A DNA stretch of 63,664 bases, counting the filler, from Nitrospirota bacterium (GTDB lineage: Bacteria; JACPQY01): assembly GCA_016180645.1 (NCBI GenBank). It is 3 parts of 3 records of this genome, joined end to end, with 100 filler letters (N's around TTAATTAATTAA, not from the genome) between each part and the next. Parts side by side here need not be neighbours in the genome. Positions count along the whole stretch, not along the records: positions 1 to 29,649 come from JACPAV010000039.1; 2 more parts are not named here. One strand, given 5' to 3'. Position 1 is the stretch's first letter; each line of letters starts with the position of its first letter. Positions 10,395 to 20,218 of the stretch are shown piece by piece. Position numbers and translations under genes: made by a program. The notes under the pieces were generated by a model that made no database searches, had not been told where the DNA came from, and saw only the letters and a list, made by a program, of their open reading frames with translations.

Positions 10395-11390
10395 ATGCCG
10401 CAAACAGCCATCATCGGCACGGGACACCACGTCCCGCCGCGCGTCGTGACCAACGACGACCTGGCGAAGCTGATGCCCACGTCGGACGAATGGATCACCC
10501 AGCGCACCGGCATCAAAGAACGTCACTATTCCGATGGCGAAAACGGATCCGATCTTGCGAAAATCGCATGCGAACACGCCTTGGAAGCCGCGGGCAGGAA
10601 GGCCGAAGATGTCGAACTCATCATCTACGCCACGCTCTCGGCCGATCACGAGTTTCCCGGCAGCGGCTGCTTCCTCGAACCCAAACTGGGAGTCAAGCCG
10701 GGGACACCGGCATTGGACATCCGCAACCAATGCTCCGGGTTTCTATACGGTCTGCACGTGGCGGACGGTCTGATCCGGCAGGGCCTCTACAAGACGGTCC
10801 TGCTCGTGGGCGCGGAGGTCCACTCGCACGGCTTGGAATTCACGGAGCGGGGACGGGACGTGGCGGTGATTTTCGGCGACGGCGCCGCCGCGGTCGTGCT
10901 CTCGCCCACGGAGGACAACGGACGCGGCCTGCTCGCATCCGCCATCCACGCCGATGGCCGGTTCGCGCGGGATCTCTGGCTCGAAGCACCCGGATGCTAC
11001 AGCAAGCCCCGGGTGAATCTGAAAGATATCGAAGACGGCCGCCATTTCCCGCGCATGGATGGAAAGAAGGTCTTTGTGAATGCCATTCAGAAAATGCCGG
11101 AAGTGATCGGCGAGGTCCTAGCCAAGACGGGGCACAAGATCGAAGACATCGACTTGTTCATTGCGCATCAGGCCAATCTTCGGATCTGCGACGCGGTGGC
11201 CCAACGCCTCGGACTGCCCCCCGAGAAGATGTACAACAACATCCAGCGCTACGGGAACACTACCGCTGCTTCGATTCCGCTCGCACTGGATGAATGCGTT
11301 CGCGCCGGGCGGGTGAAGAAAGGCGATCTCCTCTGCTTCGCCGCTTTCGGCGCCGGCTACACCTGGGGCGCCGCGCTCCTGCGCTGGTAG
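10395..11390 (+). CDS. fabH: Beta-ketoacyl-ACP synthase III
   Basis: TSDEWITQRTGI, NQCSGF (Cys), FGDGA, HQANLRI (His), YGNTTAAS (Asn). Confidence 0.93.
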   Translation: MPQTAIIGTGHHVPPRVVTNDDLAKLMPTSDEWITQRTGIKERHYSDGENGSDLAKIACEHALEAAGRKAEDVELIIYATLSADHEFPGSGCFLEPKLGVKPGTPALDIRNQCSGFLYGLHVADGLIRQGLYKTVLLVGAEVHSHGLEFTERGRDVAVIFGDGAAAVVLSPTEDNGRGLLASAIHADGRFARDLWLEAPGCYSKPRVNLKDIEDGRHFPRMDGKKVFVNAIQKMPEVIGEVLAKTGHKIEDIDLFIAHQANLRICDAVAQRLGLPPEKMYNNIQRYGNTTAASIPLALDECVRAGRVKKGDLLCFAAFGAGYTWGAALLRW

Positions 11391-11399
11391 CCGCTTCAC

Positions 11400-12050
11400 G
11401 TGCTCTCCCTCGTTGCCGGCGTACTCGTTCCGGCCGTCGTAGGCGCTTCCCTCGGCTCGTTCCAATCCGCGGAGATTCTGGCAAAGGACCGGAATGTCCT
11501 CGGCCTGGCAGGACAACTCGTCGCGGCCGAAGGTAGCAGGAACAGCCTGAACTTCCCGGCCGTGGAGGCTTGGTACAGGCTGGGACTTGGATTTGGTGAT
11601 TTCGGAGTCAAGTTGACACCGGAAGCACTGAGGGGGAGCCTGAAACTTCCGATTCCGATCAATGCCGAGAGCTTGAGACTGGCCGTTGAGCCCGCCGTCG
11701 GCGCGGGCGAATCGCTTTTCCACGCCGGCGTGTCCAACTTCAATACATTCACTCAAACGGCTGAAGTCACACTGCTGGCAACGTTCGGTGATATGACGGT
11801 CGCCCCCCGGGGAGCCTTCTCCTACGCGAGGGGCGAAGGCGCTACATTGTTCGGAGGCAACACGCGGTTCACGTCCAAGGAATGGCTCGCGGGAGGAACG
11901 TTCACGCGCCTCGTCAAGGGTGAGAAAGTTCATTGGTGGGGGGAATTGGGCGTCTACTGGGCCAAGGATACCTCATCATCGCTGGAACCGGCCTACAGAC
12001 GTCCATTCCTGGTTTTCGCCCCCGGAATCGGCGCATCGATCGAATTCTAA
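11400..12050 (+). CDS. Hypothetical exported protein, probable outer-membrane beta-barrel
   Basis: Hydrophobic N-terminus, alternating beta-strand pattern, C-terminal Phe (GIGASIEF). Confidence 0.55.
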   Translation: MLSLVAGVLVPAVVGASLGSFQSAEILAKDRNVLGLAGQLVAAEGSRNSLNFPAVEAWYRLGLGFGDFGVKLTPEALRGSLKLPIPINAESLRLAVEPAVGAGESLFHAGVSNFNTFTQTAEVTLLATFGDMTVAPRGAFSYARGEGATLFGGNTRFTSKEWLAGGTFTRLVKGEKVHWWGELGVYWAKDTSSSLEPAYRRPFLVFAPGIGASIEF

Positions 12051-12114
12051 TCCGAATCACATCGTACTTTTGAATTAACGCCCCGCAACCGTTATAATTT
12101 CCCGTCACACCCAG

Positions 12115-12996
12115 ATGGCCGACTACGAGCAAACGATTTTCGTTCGCCCCACCGCCACACCCGGCCAACTCAAACCCGCCAACCTCGTCGTCCTCTGCGG
12201 CCCCTACAAGGCCAAAGTCCTGCCCCTCACGGAGGAGGCGCTCACAGTGGGGCGGGATGCCTCTGCCGTTTTCCGGGTCGAAGGCGATCCCTTCATGTCC
12301 CGGATTCATGCCAAGTTCATGAAAGAGCCGGCCCGGTATGTCCTCCTCGACAACAACAGCACGAACGGCGTCATCGTAAACGGCCAGAAAATCAAGGACG
12401 CGGAACTCCGGAACGGCGATCGCATCCAACTCGGCTCGACCCACCTCAAGTTCGTTTCACAGGACGGCCTCGAACGCGCCATCGGGGGTGAGGTGGAATT
12501 CCTCGCGACGCATGACGGCCTCACGGGCTTCTGGGAAAAAGATCCTTACAGCAACAAGCTGACCGACGAGATCAACGGGCTACGACTGAATCCGAAAACG
12601 ATGTCCGTCGGCCTTATTGAAATCGACGACTTCGAAGCCATCAGCAAGGCACAGGGTTTCGACGCCGCCGATCTCATCCTGTTCTCCGTTTCCAACTTCC
12701 TGAAACAGACGATCACTCCGAAAGATCAAATCGGGCGGATCGATCCGAGGATCTTCGCCATCCTTTTCATCCACGATGCCGGACGCGATTTCGAAAAGTG
12801 GGCTCCCCGCGTACAAGAGGTCATCAAACGCACGCCCTTTACGGTCATGGGTGCAAAGATGAAGTTCACCCTATCGATCGGCGGCCAGCTCTGGCGCCAC
12901 GATTTCAAAGTGCCGGATGTGTGGCTCTCGTACGCCCGCGTTCAGCTCGATTGGGCGCGAAAAATCGGCGGAGGTGGGTTCAAGTTTTCAAAGTGA
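12115..12996 (+). CDS. FHA domain plus degenerate GGDEF domain protein
   Basis: FHA motifs VGR, SRIHA, STNG; then HDGLTG and IEIDDF, but the active site reads GRIDPRIF. Confidence 0.85.
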   Translation: MADYEQTIFVRPTATPGQLKPANLVVLCGPYKAKVLPLTEEALTVGRDASAVFRVEGDPFMSRIHAKFMKEPARYVLLDNNSTNGVIVNGQKIKDAELRNGDRIQLGSTHLKFVSQDGLERAIGGEVEFLATHDGLTGFWEKDPYSNKLTDEINGLRLNPKTMSVGLIEIDDFEAISKAQGFDAADLILFSVSNFLKQTITPKDQIGRIDPRIFAILFIHDAGRDFEKWAPRVQEVIKRTPFTVMGAKMKFTLSIGGQLWRHDFKVPDVWLSYARVQLDWARKIGGGGFKFSK

Positions 12997-13015
12997 CCCG
13001 CCGCACGGCGGGTCA
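12994..13015. terminator. Perfect hairpin between convergent genes
   Basis: TGACCCGCCG-CA-CGGCGGGTCA. Confidence 0.5.
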
Positions 13016-13053
13016 TCCCGAGCGCCGCGAGGGATCTACGGGTGCTCCCGACG

Positions 13054-13851
13054 CTACCGCGCGACCGGCGCCGGCTCCGAATATCCGAGCCGCTTCGAAA
13101 GATGCAGGGCGACGAGCTTCAATTCCGGAAGGATCTCAGCGCGGATGCGCCCCTCGGACATCCGATAGGAGGGCGCGGCCACGCTGACACTCCCGACCAC
13201 CTGCGGCGTGTAATCGTAAATCGGCATGGCGATCGAGCGAACCCCCTCCAGATATTCCTCATCTTCAAGCGCCCAGCCGTTCTTCGCGACTTCCTGAAGC
13301 TGCTCCATCACCTTCTTCCGATCAACCAGCGTCTTGGCCGTATGCCGCGACAGCTCTTTCGGGAGCCGACGGTCCACATCGTCGTCCCCTTGGAACGCCA
13401 ACTGGGCCTTACCGAGCGCGGTCGCGTGATACGGCATGGGCGAGCCGATCTGGGTTACGACGCGGACCGGTTCCGGCGATTCGACCAGGTCCACGCAGAC
13501 CGCCTTTTGACCATTGGGGACCCCGAGGAGTACCGTTTCACCCACTTTGGATCGAAATTCCTCAAGAAAACGGTGCGCAAACCGGGTGATGGTCGCATTT
13601 CGGGTGAACGCACGGCACAACTCCACCACTTTCGGACCCAATCGATAGTTTTGCGTGGCGCGGTTCTGCTCCACGTACCCCCGGGCGGTAAGCGTCATCA
13701 GGATTCGGAAGATTTGGTTCTTGCTCAGCCCAACTTTCTTGGACAAGTCGGAAACACCCAACTCCATCTGTTCCGTTTTGCAGAACATCTCAAGGAGTTC
13801 CATGCACTTGAGGATGGACAGGATGGCGTACTCGTCCTTCTTCTTCTTCAT
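13054..13851 (-). CDS. IclR family transcriptional regulator
   Basis: N-terminal HTH (LGVSDLSKKVGLSKNQIFRIL), HATALGKAQLA, GWALEDEE; AGGAG RBS before ATG 13851. Confidence 0.93.
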   Translation of the reverse strand: MKKKKDEYAILSILKCMELLEMFCKTEQMELGVSDLSKKVGLSKNQIFRILMTLTARGYVEQNRATQNYRLGPKVVELCRAFTRNATITRFAHRFLEEFRSKVGETVLLGVPNGQKAVCVDLVESPEPVRVVTQIGSPMPYHATALGKAQLAFQGDDDVDRRLPKELSRHTAKTLVDRKKVMEQLQEVAKNGWALEDEEYLEGVRSIAMPIYDYTPQVVGSVSVAAPSYRMSEGRIRAEILPELKLVALHLSKRLGYSEPAPVAR

Positions 13852-14012
13852 GCAACTCCTCCCGGACGCTACCTCACACTCCCTGAACCTTCCCGCGCGG
13901 TCTTCCCTGCCTCCCGCGCTTTTTTTCTGACGCATCGCGCCAAAAAACCCATTCGTTCGCTAGCACGCGGTCGAATTCTTGTCAAGAGTTTTGAGAGGTG
14001 TTACACAAAGGC

Positions 14013-14810
14013 ATGGTCAAGCTTTTTCGAATCTCCATCGCGGCGGTCGCATCGCTTCTCATCGCGCTCACCCTGGCTTGGGCTCAAACACCCGCGCCTC
14101 CCTATGCACCGTGGGTCAACGTGCCGATCACCTATCGCATCCGCGTCCTGTGGCTCCTTGACGTAGGGTCACTGACCTTCTCCTTGAAACCCGATACGGC
14201 CAATCCCCGCCGTTTCACCGTGGTCTCCGAAGCCCACCCCATCGACATCATTCGGAAGATCACCCAATTCCGCGATGCGCGTTACACCGCCGTGCTGAAT
14301 TACGATGAGAAAACCGACCGATTCTCCGTGTCCGAAGTCCGGGAGTTCGTGCGCCGGGCGGATCGCACCCGCGAAGTGCGGCTGGACATCCGCCCCGATG
14401 GCTGGTCCCGGCGCGCATTCCACAACGACAAGCTCGCCTCGGAACAGACCGGAACACTCAAGCCCGGAGAAATGGCCCTCGATCCCGTGGCCGCCTTCTA
14501 CAACTTCCTCCTGGGGGCGTATGGGCCGCCCGCGGACAGCCACGATTACCGCGTGCCCATGTTTTCGCGCACCGGGCCGGCGAACGCCATCGTCAGCATC
14601 CTGCCGCGGCCGGAAGCCCGGGAAATTCTCAACCTCAAATCGGCGCAGGAATTCGGCGGTCGGGTGACGTTCGACGGGAGCTTCATGGATCTCAAGGTGA
14701 AAGAGGTGCTTTTCGTCACCAACGACCACTTTCTGCCCATCCGCGCCGTCGTCCGCGATGCGGGATACCTGGGACAGGTTGAGGCGTTCCGGACCAGCCC
14801 GAAACCGTAG
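14013..14810 (+). CDS. Exported protein, DUF3108-like
   Basis: Signal peptide, ITYRIRVLW..DVG N-terminal strand, ALDPVAAFY and C-terminal LPIRA pattern. Confidence 0.55.
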   Translation: MVKLFRISIAAVASLLIALTLAWAQTPAPPYAPWVNVPITYRIRVLWLLDVGSLTFSLKPDTANPRRFTVVSEAHPIDIIRKITQFRDARYTAVLNYDEKTDRFSVSEVREFVRRADRTREVRLDIRPDGWSRRAFHNDKLASEQTGTLKPGEMALDPVAAFYNFLLGAYGPPADSHDYRVPMFSRTGPANAIVSILPRPEAREILNLKSAQEFGGRVTFDGSFMDLKVKEVLFVTNDHFLPIRAVVRDAGYLGQVEAFRTSPKP

Positions 14811-14842
14811 GACGATGCTCCGTCTTCGGCTACAATGGCCGC

Positions 14843-16024
14843 ATGGCGCACTCGCTTCAACTTCCGTCCATCCTTGGCCGGGGTTCAAGGTTGCGAGTGC
14901 CGCGACCATCGTGGACGCGGCGCCTCCGGATCCACCATGTCGTCACGTCCCTCGACTTGGGTGGCGCGGAGAAGCACGTCGCCAGTCTGGCCCAGGCGCA
15001 GGCCCGGAGCGGCCACCGAGTTTGCGTCACCTATCTGAAAGGATCCGGCGCGCTCCGTGCCTCGCTGGATCAGCACGGCATTCACTCTGAATCGCTCGGT
15101 GTGAACGGCTGGCTGCGCTATTCACCCATCGCCCAATTGAACGGCGCCCTGCGCAAAGGCAATCCGGACATCGTGCATGCCCACCTTTTTCCCGCTGAGG
15201 TCTATGCCTCCCTGGCTTCGCCGGGAATAAAGCCGTGGAAATTGGTGGCGACCAAGCACAACGACGAAGATTTTCTTCGCAAACGGCGCTATTCTTTCCT
15301 ACATCGACTCCTGTCATCGAATCAGGATGCCGTCATCTGCCCGTCCCAATACCTCCGGCGATTCACAACGGAAACTGGCATCCGGCCCACACTGCCGACG
15401 TTCGTCATCCCCTATGGAATCGACCCGACGGAACCTTCGGTCCACCGCGAATCCTCGTCGCTGAGGAAGGCGTGGGGCATCCCCAAGGACGCGGTCGTGT
15501 TCGGCTTCCTCGGGCGGTTCGTGCCGCAAAAAGGGTTGGACGTCCTGATCGATGCGTTGGCCTCAGTCCGGAAAAAGTGTCAATGCAAACTTGTCCTCGC
15601 CGGCCGGGGCCCGCTGGAAGCGTCCCTCAAGAAGAAAGTCTCCGAAGCGGGCCTGGAATCGCGGGTGGTCTTCGCCGGATTCCACTCCAATCCCTGGCCC
15701 CTCTACCGTGCGATGGACGTCTTCGTGCTCCCCTCTCTCTGGGAAGGTTTCGGTAGGGTTCTCTTGGAAGCGATGCTTGTCGGACTGCCCATTGTCGCCA
15801 GCCGCGCAAGCTCGATACCGGAAATCGTCGAGGAGGGCGGAACGGGTCGCCTCGTACCCTCCGGCGACAGCGCCTCGTTGGCCACGGCTCTCCTCGACCT
15901 CGCCCGGCATCCGCACATTCGAGAGGCCATGGGAAGGCGCGGTCGAGCGCTCGTCAAGAAACGATTCTCTCTCGATTCGATGGTCGAGGCCACGGAACAC
16001 GTCTATCGCTCAGTCCTTCATTGA
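14843..16024 (+). CDS. Glycosyltransferase family 4
   Basis: GGAE, GRFVPQKG, DVFVLPSLWEGFGRVLLEAM. Confidence 0.93.
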   Translation: MAHSLQLPSILGRGSRLRVPRPSWTRRLRIHHVVTSLDLGGAEKHVASLAQAQARSGHRVCVTYLKGSGALRASLDQHGIHSESLGVNGWLRYSPIAQLNGALRKGNPDIVHAHLFPAEVYASLASPGIKPWKLVATKHNDEDFLRKRRYSFLHRLLSSNQDAVICPSQYLRRFTTETGIRPTLPTFVIPYGIDPTEPSVHRESSSLRKAWGIPKDAVVFGFLGRFVPQKGLDVLIDALASVRKKCQCKLVLAGRGPLEASLKKKVSEAGLESRVVFAGFHSNPWPLYRAMDVFVLPSLWEGFGRVLLEAMLVGLPIVASRASSIPEIVEEGGTGRLVPSGDSASLATALLDLARHPHIREAMGRRGRALVKKRFSLDSMVEATEHVYRSVLH

Positions 16025-17148
16025 TGCCGGCAAAACTCCTCCTCCTGGTAACCCAATCCGATGACGGTGGGGCGCAACGATATGTGAACGACCTCGCCGT
16101 CGGTCTCACCGACCGCCGATACAAAGTCACCGTGGCCTGCGGTCCGGGCGGTCCCCTGATTGCGAGGCTCCGCCGGAACAAAGTTGACGTTCGGGTCATC
16201 GCCGATTTGGCCCGGCCCATCCGGCCATGGAAGGACGGGCGGGCCTTCTGGGAAATCTACTCTCTTATCCACGATGGCCCCTACGACCTTGTTCACTCGA
16301 ACAGCTCGAAAGCCGGCTTCCTTGCCCGGGTGGCCGGCCGCGCCGCAGCCGGAAAGCGGCATCTTTTTACGGCGCACGGTTTCGTTTTCCAGGAGGAGAG
16401 GTCTCAGGCCGCTCGGAGTGCCTTCCTGCTACTCGAAAAAGCCGCGGGGATGCTGACCGACCGTCTCATCACCGTCTGCGATGCAGATCGCGAGCTGGCG
16501 TTGCAGCACCGAATCGTTCCCTGTGAGCGCGTCATCACCATCCACAACGGCATCCTTCCGTCCCCCCCGCTTCCGACCGCCGAGAGCCGGAAACGGCTGG
16601 CGTTGCCGGCTCGCATTCCCGTGGTGGGCACGGTGGCCAACATGTACCCCAACAAAGGACTGATGGATTTCGTGGCCGCGGCCCGGCATGTCATTCAGCG
16701 CCATCCAAAAACCTTTTTCGCCGTGATCGGTCACGGCCCCCAGTACCTGGAGGTGGTGGAGGCGATCCGGCAAGCGGGGCTCAACGACCGGTTCCGGCTC
16801 TACGGCCAGATCGAAGAGGCCTGGAAACTCGTGAGCGCATTCGACGTGTTCGTTCTGTCCTCACGCAAGGAGGGAATGCCCTACTCCATTCTGGAAGCGA
16901 TGAACGCCGGTGTGCCGGTGGTCGCCACACGGGTTGGGGGTATCCCGGAGGCCATCGAGGACAACGTCGAAGGTCTGCTCACACCGTCCGGCGCTCCGGA
17001 TGAGATGGCCCATCAGGTCGATCGCCTTCTCCGCGACCGCGCTCTCGGTCGCACTCTCGCCTCGCGAGCTCGCCGCAAGCTCGTTCACTATTTCAATATC
17101 GACCGAATGATCGACGAGACGGAACGGGTGTATGAATCCCTGCTGTGA
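16024..17148 (+). CDS. Glycosyltransferase family 4
   Basis: GGAQ, HSNSSKAG, TAHG, DVFVLSSRKEGMPYSILEAM. Confidence 0.93.
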   Translation: MPAKLLLLVTQSDDGGAQRYVNDLAVGLTDRRYKVTVACGPGGPLIARLRRNKVDVRVIADLARPIRPWKDGRAFWEIYSLIHDGPYDLVHSNSSKAGFLARVAGRAAAGKRHLFTAHGFVFQEERSQAARSAFLLLEKAAGMLTDRLITVCDADRELALQHRIVPCERVITIHNGILPSPPLPTAESRKRLALPARIPVVGTVANMYPNKGLMDFVAAARHVIQRHPKTFFAVIGHGPQYLEVVEAIRQAGLNDRFRLYGQIEEAWKLVSAFDVFVLSSRKEGMPYSILEAMNAGVPVVATRVGGIPEAIEDNVEGLLTPSGAPDEMAHQVDRLLRDRALGRTLASRARRKLVHYFNIDRMIDETERVYESLL

Positions 17149-17175
17149 CCGGGTGAGGGGGGAGAGCGCGATCTG

Positions 17176-18546
17176 ATGGCCAGGCCCTCTCGAATTCTGC
17201 TTATCCTGAGCGACCTTCTGATCGCCTACATTGCGTACATCCTGGCCTTCACGGTCCGAACTCAGGTGGACGTTCCCTTTTTCCGAGGTCCGCTGCCCGA
17301 CTATCTCTTCGCCGTCCTCAAACATGGCTGGCTCGCCGTCGGTCTGGTCCAGATCTTTTCCAATTACCTCCTTGGGCTCTACGATCCGCCGGACCGCCCG
17401 GGAACCTCGCGACTGGCCGAGTCCCTCCTGATCGCCTGCGCGATCAATACCCTTGCGCTCACGAGCTACTACTTCTACCGACTCGAGTTCAAGTTCCCAC
17501 GATCCATCCTCGTCGTCTACGGGCTGTTCGATGCCTTCTTTCTCTTCTCGTGGAGATGGCTCCTTTTCCGCATCGCCCGTCTCCGGAAGAAACGCGTAGC
17601 CCTCTGCGGGCATGGACCTCTTGTCACTGAGCTCCTGGAGGACATTCGGAATAATCCATGGCTGGGATATGATGTCATCGGCGTCGTTTCCGACGAAGAG
17701 TCGCCCACACCGCCGACCCCTGCCCCGCCGGCCATCGGCCATCGCCGCGACCTCCAGGCGCTGATACGAATCCATAATCTCGAAGAGGTCATCTATGTCC
17801 CGGACCCACACTGGACGCAGTCGGCCGTCCAAACCCTGAAGGAGGTCGAATCCAGCGGTGCGCGAATCCTGGTGGCGCCCACACTCTACGAAATGATCCT
17901 GTGTGAACCCACGTCCCAGCGCATCAAAGACATACCCCTCATTCCCGTGTCCACCCAAGGATCGGCCGCGGCCTCACAGTCCGTCAAGAATATCTTCGAC
18001 CTGATCCTGTCCTTGGGCCTTCTGGCGCTCCTCTCCCCCGCGTTCCTGGTCTGCGCCCTCCTCATCAAGGCAACTTCCAGCGGCCCGGCCATTTACAGGC
18101 AGGAACGCGTTGGAAAAAACGGCCGGCGATTTACCTTGTACAAGCTCCGGACCATGGTGGAGTCCGCCGAAAGCGCCACCGGACCGGTCTTCGTCGATGT
18201 CGATGATCCCAGGGTCACGCGAATCGGGCGGATCTTGCGACGGTTGCGCGTGGATGAGATTCCCCAGCTCGTGAACATCCTGAAGGGCGACATGAGTTTC
18301 GTCGGTCCCCGGCCTGAGCGGCCCGACTTTGTGGAAACGTTCGAGCGGAAAATTCCGTTTTACCGGGAGAGGCACAGGGTCAAGCCCGGACTCACCGGAC
18401 TGGCTCAAGTCAACGGCTACTACCACACCACCGCTGAAAACAAGCTCAAATACGATCTCGCCTATGTCTACCGTCACAACCTCTTTCTCGACATGATGAT
18501 TCTTCTTGAAACGGCCAAGGTGGTGCTCACCCGGAAGGGCGTGTGA
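17176..18546 (+). CDS. Polyprenyl-phosphate sugar phosphotransferase (WcaJ/WbaP-like)
   Basis: N-terminal TM helices; YKLRTM, DPRVTRIG, DEIPQL, GDMSFVGPRPE, KPGLTGLAQV. Confidence 0.93.
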   Translation: MARPSRILLILSDLLIAYIAYILAFTVRTQVDVPFFRGPLPDYLFAVLKHGWLAVGLVQIFSNYLLGLYDPPDRPGTSRLAESLLIACAINTLALTSYYFYRLEFKFPRSILVVYGLFDAFFLFSWRWLLFRIARLRKKRVALCGHGPLVTELLEDIRNNPWLGYDVIGVVSDEESPTPPTPAPPAIGHRRDLQALIRIHNLEEVIYVPDPHWTQSAVQTLKEVESSGARILVAPTLYEMILCEPTSQRIKDIPLIPVSTQGSAAASQSVKNIFDLILSLGLLALLSPAFLVCALLIKATSSGPAIYRQERVGKNGRRFTLYKLRTMVESAESATGPVFVDVDDPRVTRIGRILRRLRVDEIPQLVNILKGDMSFVGPRPERPDFVETFERKIPFYRERHRVKPGLTGLAQVNGYYHTTAENKLKYDLAYVYRHNLFLDMMILLETAKVVLTRKGV

Positions 18547-18712
18547 CCGCTCGACTCGGCCATCGCGAGGGCGCCCCGGAAAAAAGTTGATCTTCGTCCT
18601 TGCTTTCAGACAGTCAGTGCCCTAACCTACGGCACCCAAAAAGGATAGAGCGATGCAGAGACCCTATCAACCCTCCACTCACGGCGCTATGACCGAACAG
18701 CCATTCCACTCG

Positions 18713-18770
18713 CCGTCCCCAAAGCGAAGCGAAGGGGATCGTCCCTGGAGCGAAGCGGAGGGGGCCCCTC
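18713..18770. repeat. Short (G)AGCGAAGCG-type intergenic repeat pair
   Basis: GTCCCCAAAGCGAAGCGAAGGGGATC followed by GTCCCTGGAGCGAAGCGGAGGGGGCC. Confidence 0.5.
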
Positions 18771-18771
18771 A

Positions 18772-19908
18772 ATGAAAATTGGTGTTCCAAAAGAGTCCGG
18801 ACAGGGTGAGAATCGGGTCGCACTGGTTCCCGATGTCATCCCCAAACTCATCTCTCAGAAGAATGAAGTCTTGGTGCAGGCGGACGCGGGCGCGGCAGCG
18901 GGCTTTCCCGACGCGGTGTACAAGGAAAAAGGCGCCGCCATCGTCTCGGATCAGGCAGGACTCTTCGCGCAATCCGAGATCGTCTTGATGGTCAGCCCTC
19001 CGGCCCCTGCCGAGATCGCCGCGCTGAGAGAAGGCACCATCCTCATTTCGTTCCTTTATCCGGTGGCCCACGTGGACAAGGCCAAACAATTAGCCTCCCG
19101 GAAGATCACGGCCATCGCCATGGACCTGATGCCGCGAATCTCCCGGGCTCAGCCCATGGACGCGCTCAGTTCACAAGCCACGGTGTCAGGCTACAAAGCG
19201 GTCCTCCAAGCCGCCGACTCGCTCCCGAAATTCTTCCCCATGCTCATGACCGCCGCCGGGACGATCTCCCCGGCCAAAGTATTCGTGATTGGAGCGGGCG
19301 TAGCCGGACTCCAGGCGATTGCCACCGCCCGCCGACTCGGTGCGGTGGTCGAAGCGTACGACGTTCGGCCCATCGTCAAGGAGCAAATCGAGAGCCTCGG
19401 CGCCAAATACGTCAACATGGAAGTTGAAGCGAAGGATGCCCAGGACAAGGGCGGATACGCGAAGGCCCAATCCGAGGAGTTCTACAGGAAACAGCAGGAG
19501 TTCATGGCCAAACAGTGCCGCAACGCGGACGTGGTCATCACCACCGCGCTCATTCCCGGTCAACGCGCGCCCCGGCTCATCACCGAGGATGCCGTCAAGG
19601 GCATGCGGCCCGGTTCGGTCATCGTCGATCTCGCGGCCGAGCAAGAAGGCAACTGCGCCCTGACCGAGCCGGGCAAGACGGTCGTCAAATATGGGGTGAC
19701 GATCCATGGCCAACTCAACCTCCCTTCCACGCTCGCCCCGCACGCCAGCCAGATGTATGCGCGAAACATCACATCGTTCCTGGCGCAGTTGGTGAAGGAC
19801 GGAAAAGTGAACTTGAACCTCTCCGACGAAGTCATCAAAGGGCCCCTCGTCACGCATGACGGGAAAATCGTCCACGAAGCAACGCTCAAAGCCGCGGAAA
19901 AGAAATAG
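18772..19908 (+). CDS. pntAA: NAD(P) transhydrogenase alpha subunit, part 1 (dI)
   Basis: MKIGVPKE..ENRVAL, MDALSSQ, GAGVAGLQA, ITTALIPG. Confidence 0.96.
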   Translation: MKIGVPKESGQGENRVALVPDVIPKLISQKNEVLVQADAGAAAGFPDAVYKEKGAAIVSDQAGLFAQSEIVLMVSPPAPAEIAALREGTILISFLYPVAHVDKAKQLASRKITAIAMDLMPRISRAQPMDALSSQATVSGYKAVLQAADSLPKFFPMLMTAAGTISPAKVFVIGAGVAGLQAIATARRLGAVVEAYDVRPIVKEQIESLGAKYVNMEVEAKDAQDKGGYAKAQSEEFYRKQQEFMAKQCRNADVVITTALIPGQRAPRLITEDAVKGMRPGSVIVDLAAEQEGNCALTEPGKTVVKYGVTIHGQLNLPSTLAPHASQMYARNITSFLAQLVKDGKVNLNLSDEVIKGPLVTHDGKIVHEATLKAAEKK

Positions 19909-19915
19909 CAGGACC

Positions 19916-20218
19916 ATGCACGGACTCCCTCAACCGGACCTCATCGAGAACCTCTTCGTCTTCATGCTCGCCTCGTTCCTGGGTCTCGAGCTCATCCGAG
20001 GCGTTTCGCGGCTCCTGCACACACCGCTCATGTCGCTGACCAATGCCATCTCTTCGATCGCGATCGTCGGATCGCTTCTCCTGGCCGGGAGGCAGGACAA
20101 CACCCTGAGCACGGTCCTCGGCACCCTCGCCATCGCCTGCTCGGCCATCAATGCGATCGGCGGTTTCATGATCACCGAACGCATTCTGCGGATGTTCAAA
20201 CGCAAGGACGAACGCTGA
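19916..20218 (+). CDS. pntAB: NAD(P) transhydrogenase alpha subunit, part 2
   Basis: LHTPLMSLTNAISS and GGFMITERILRMF. Confidence 0.95.
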   Translation: MHGLPQPDLIENLFVFMLASFLGLELIRGVSRLLHTPLMSLTNAISSIAIVGSLLLAGRQDNTLSTVLGTLAIACSAINAIGGFMITERILRMFKRKDER

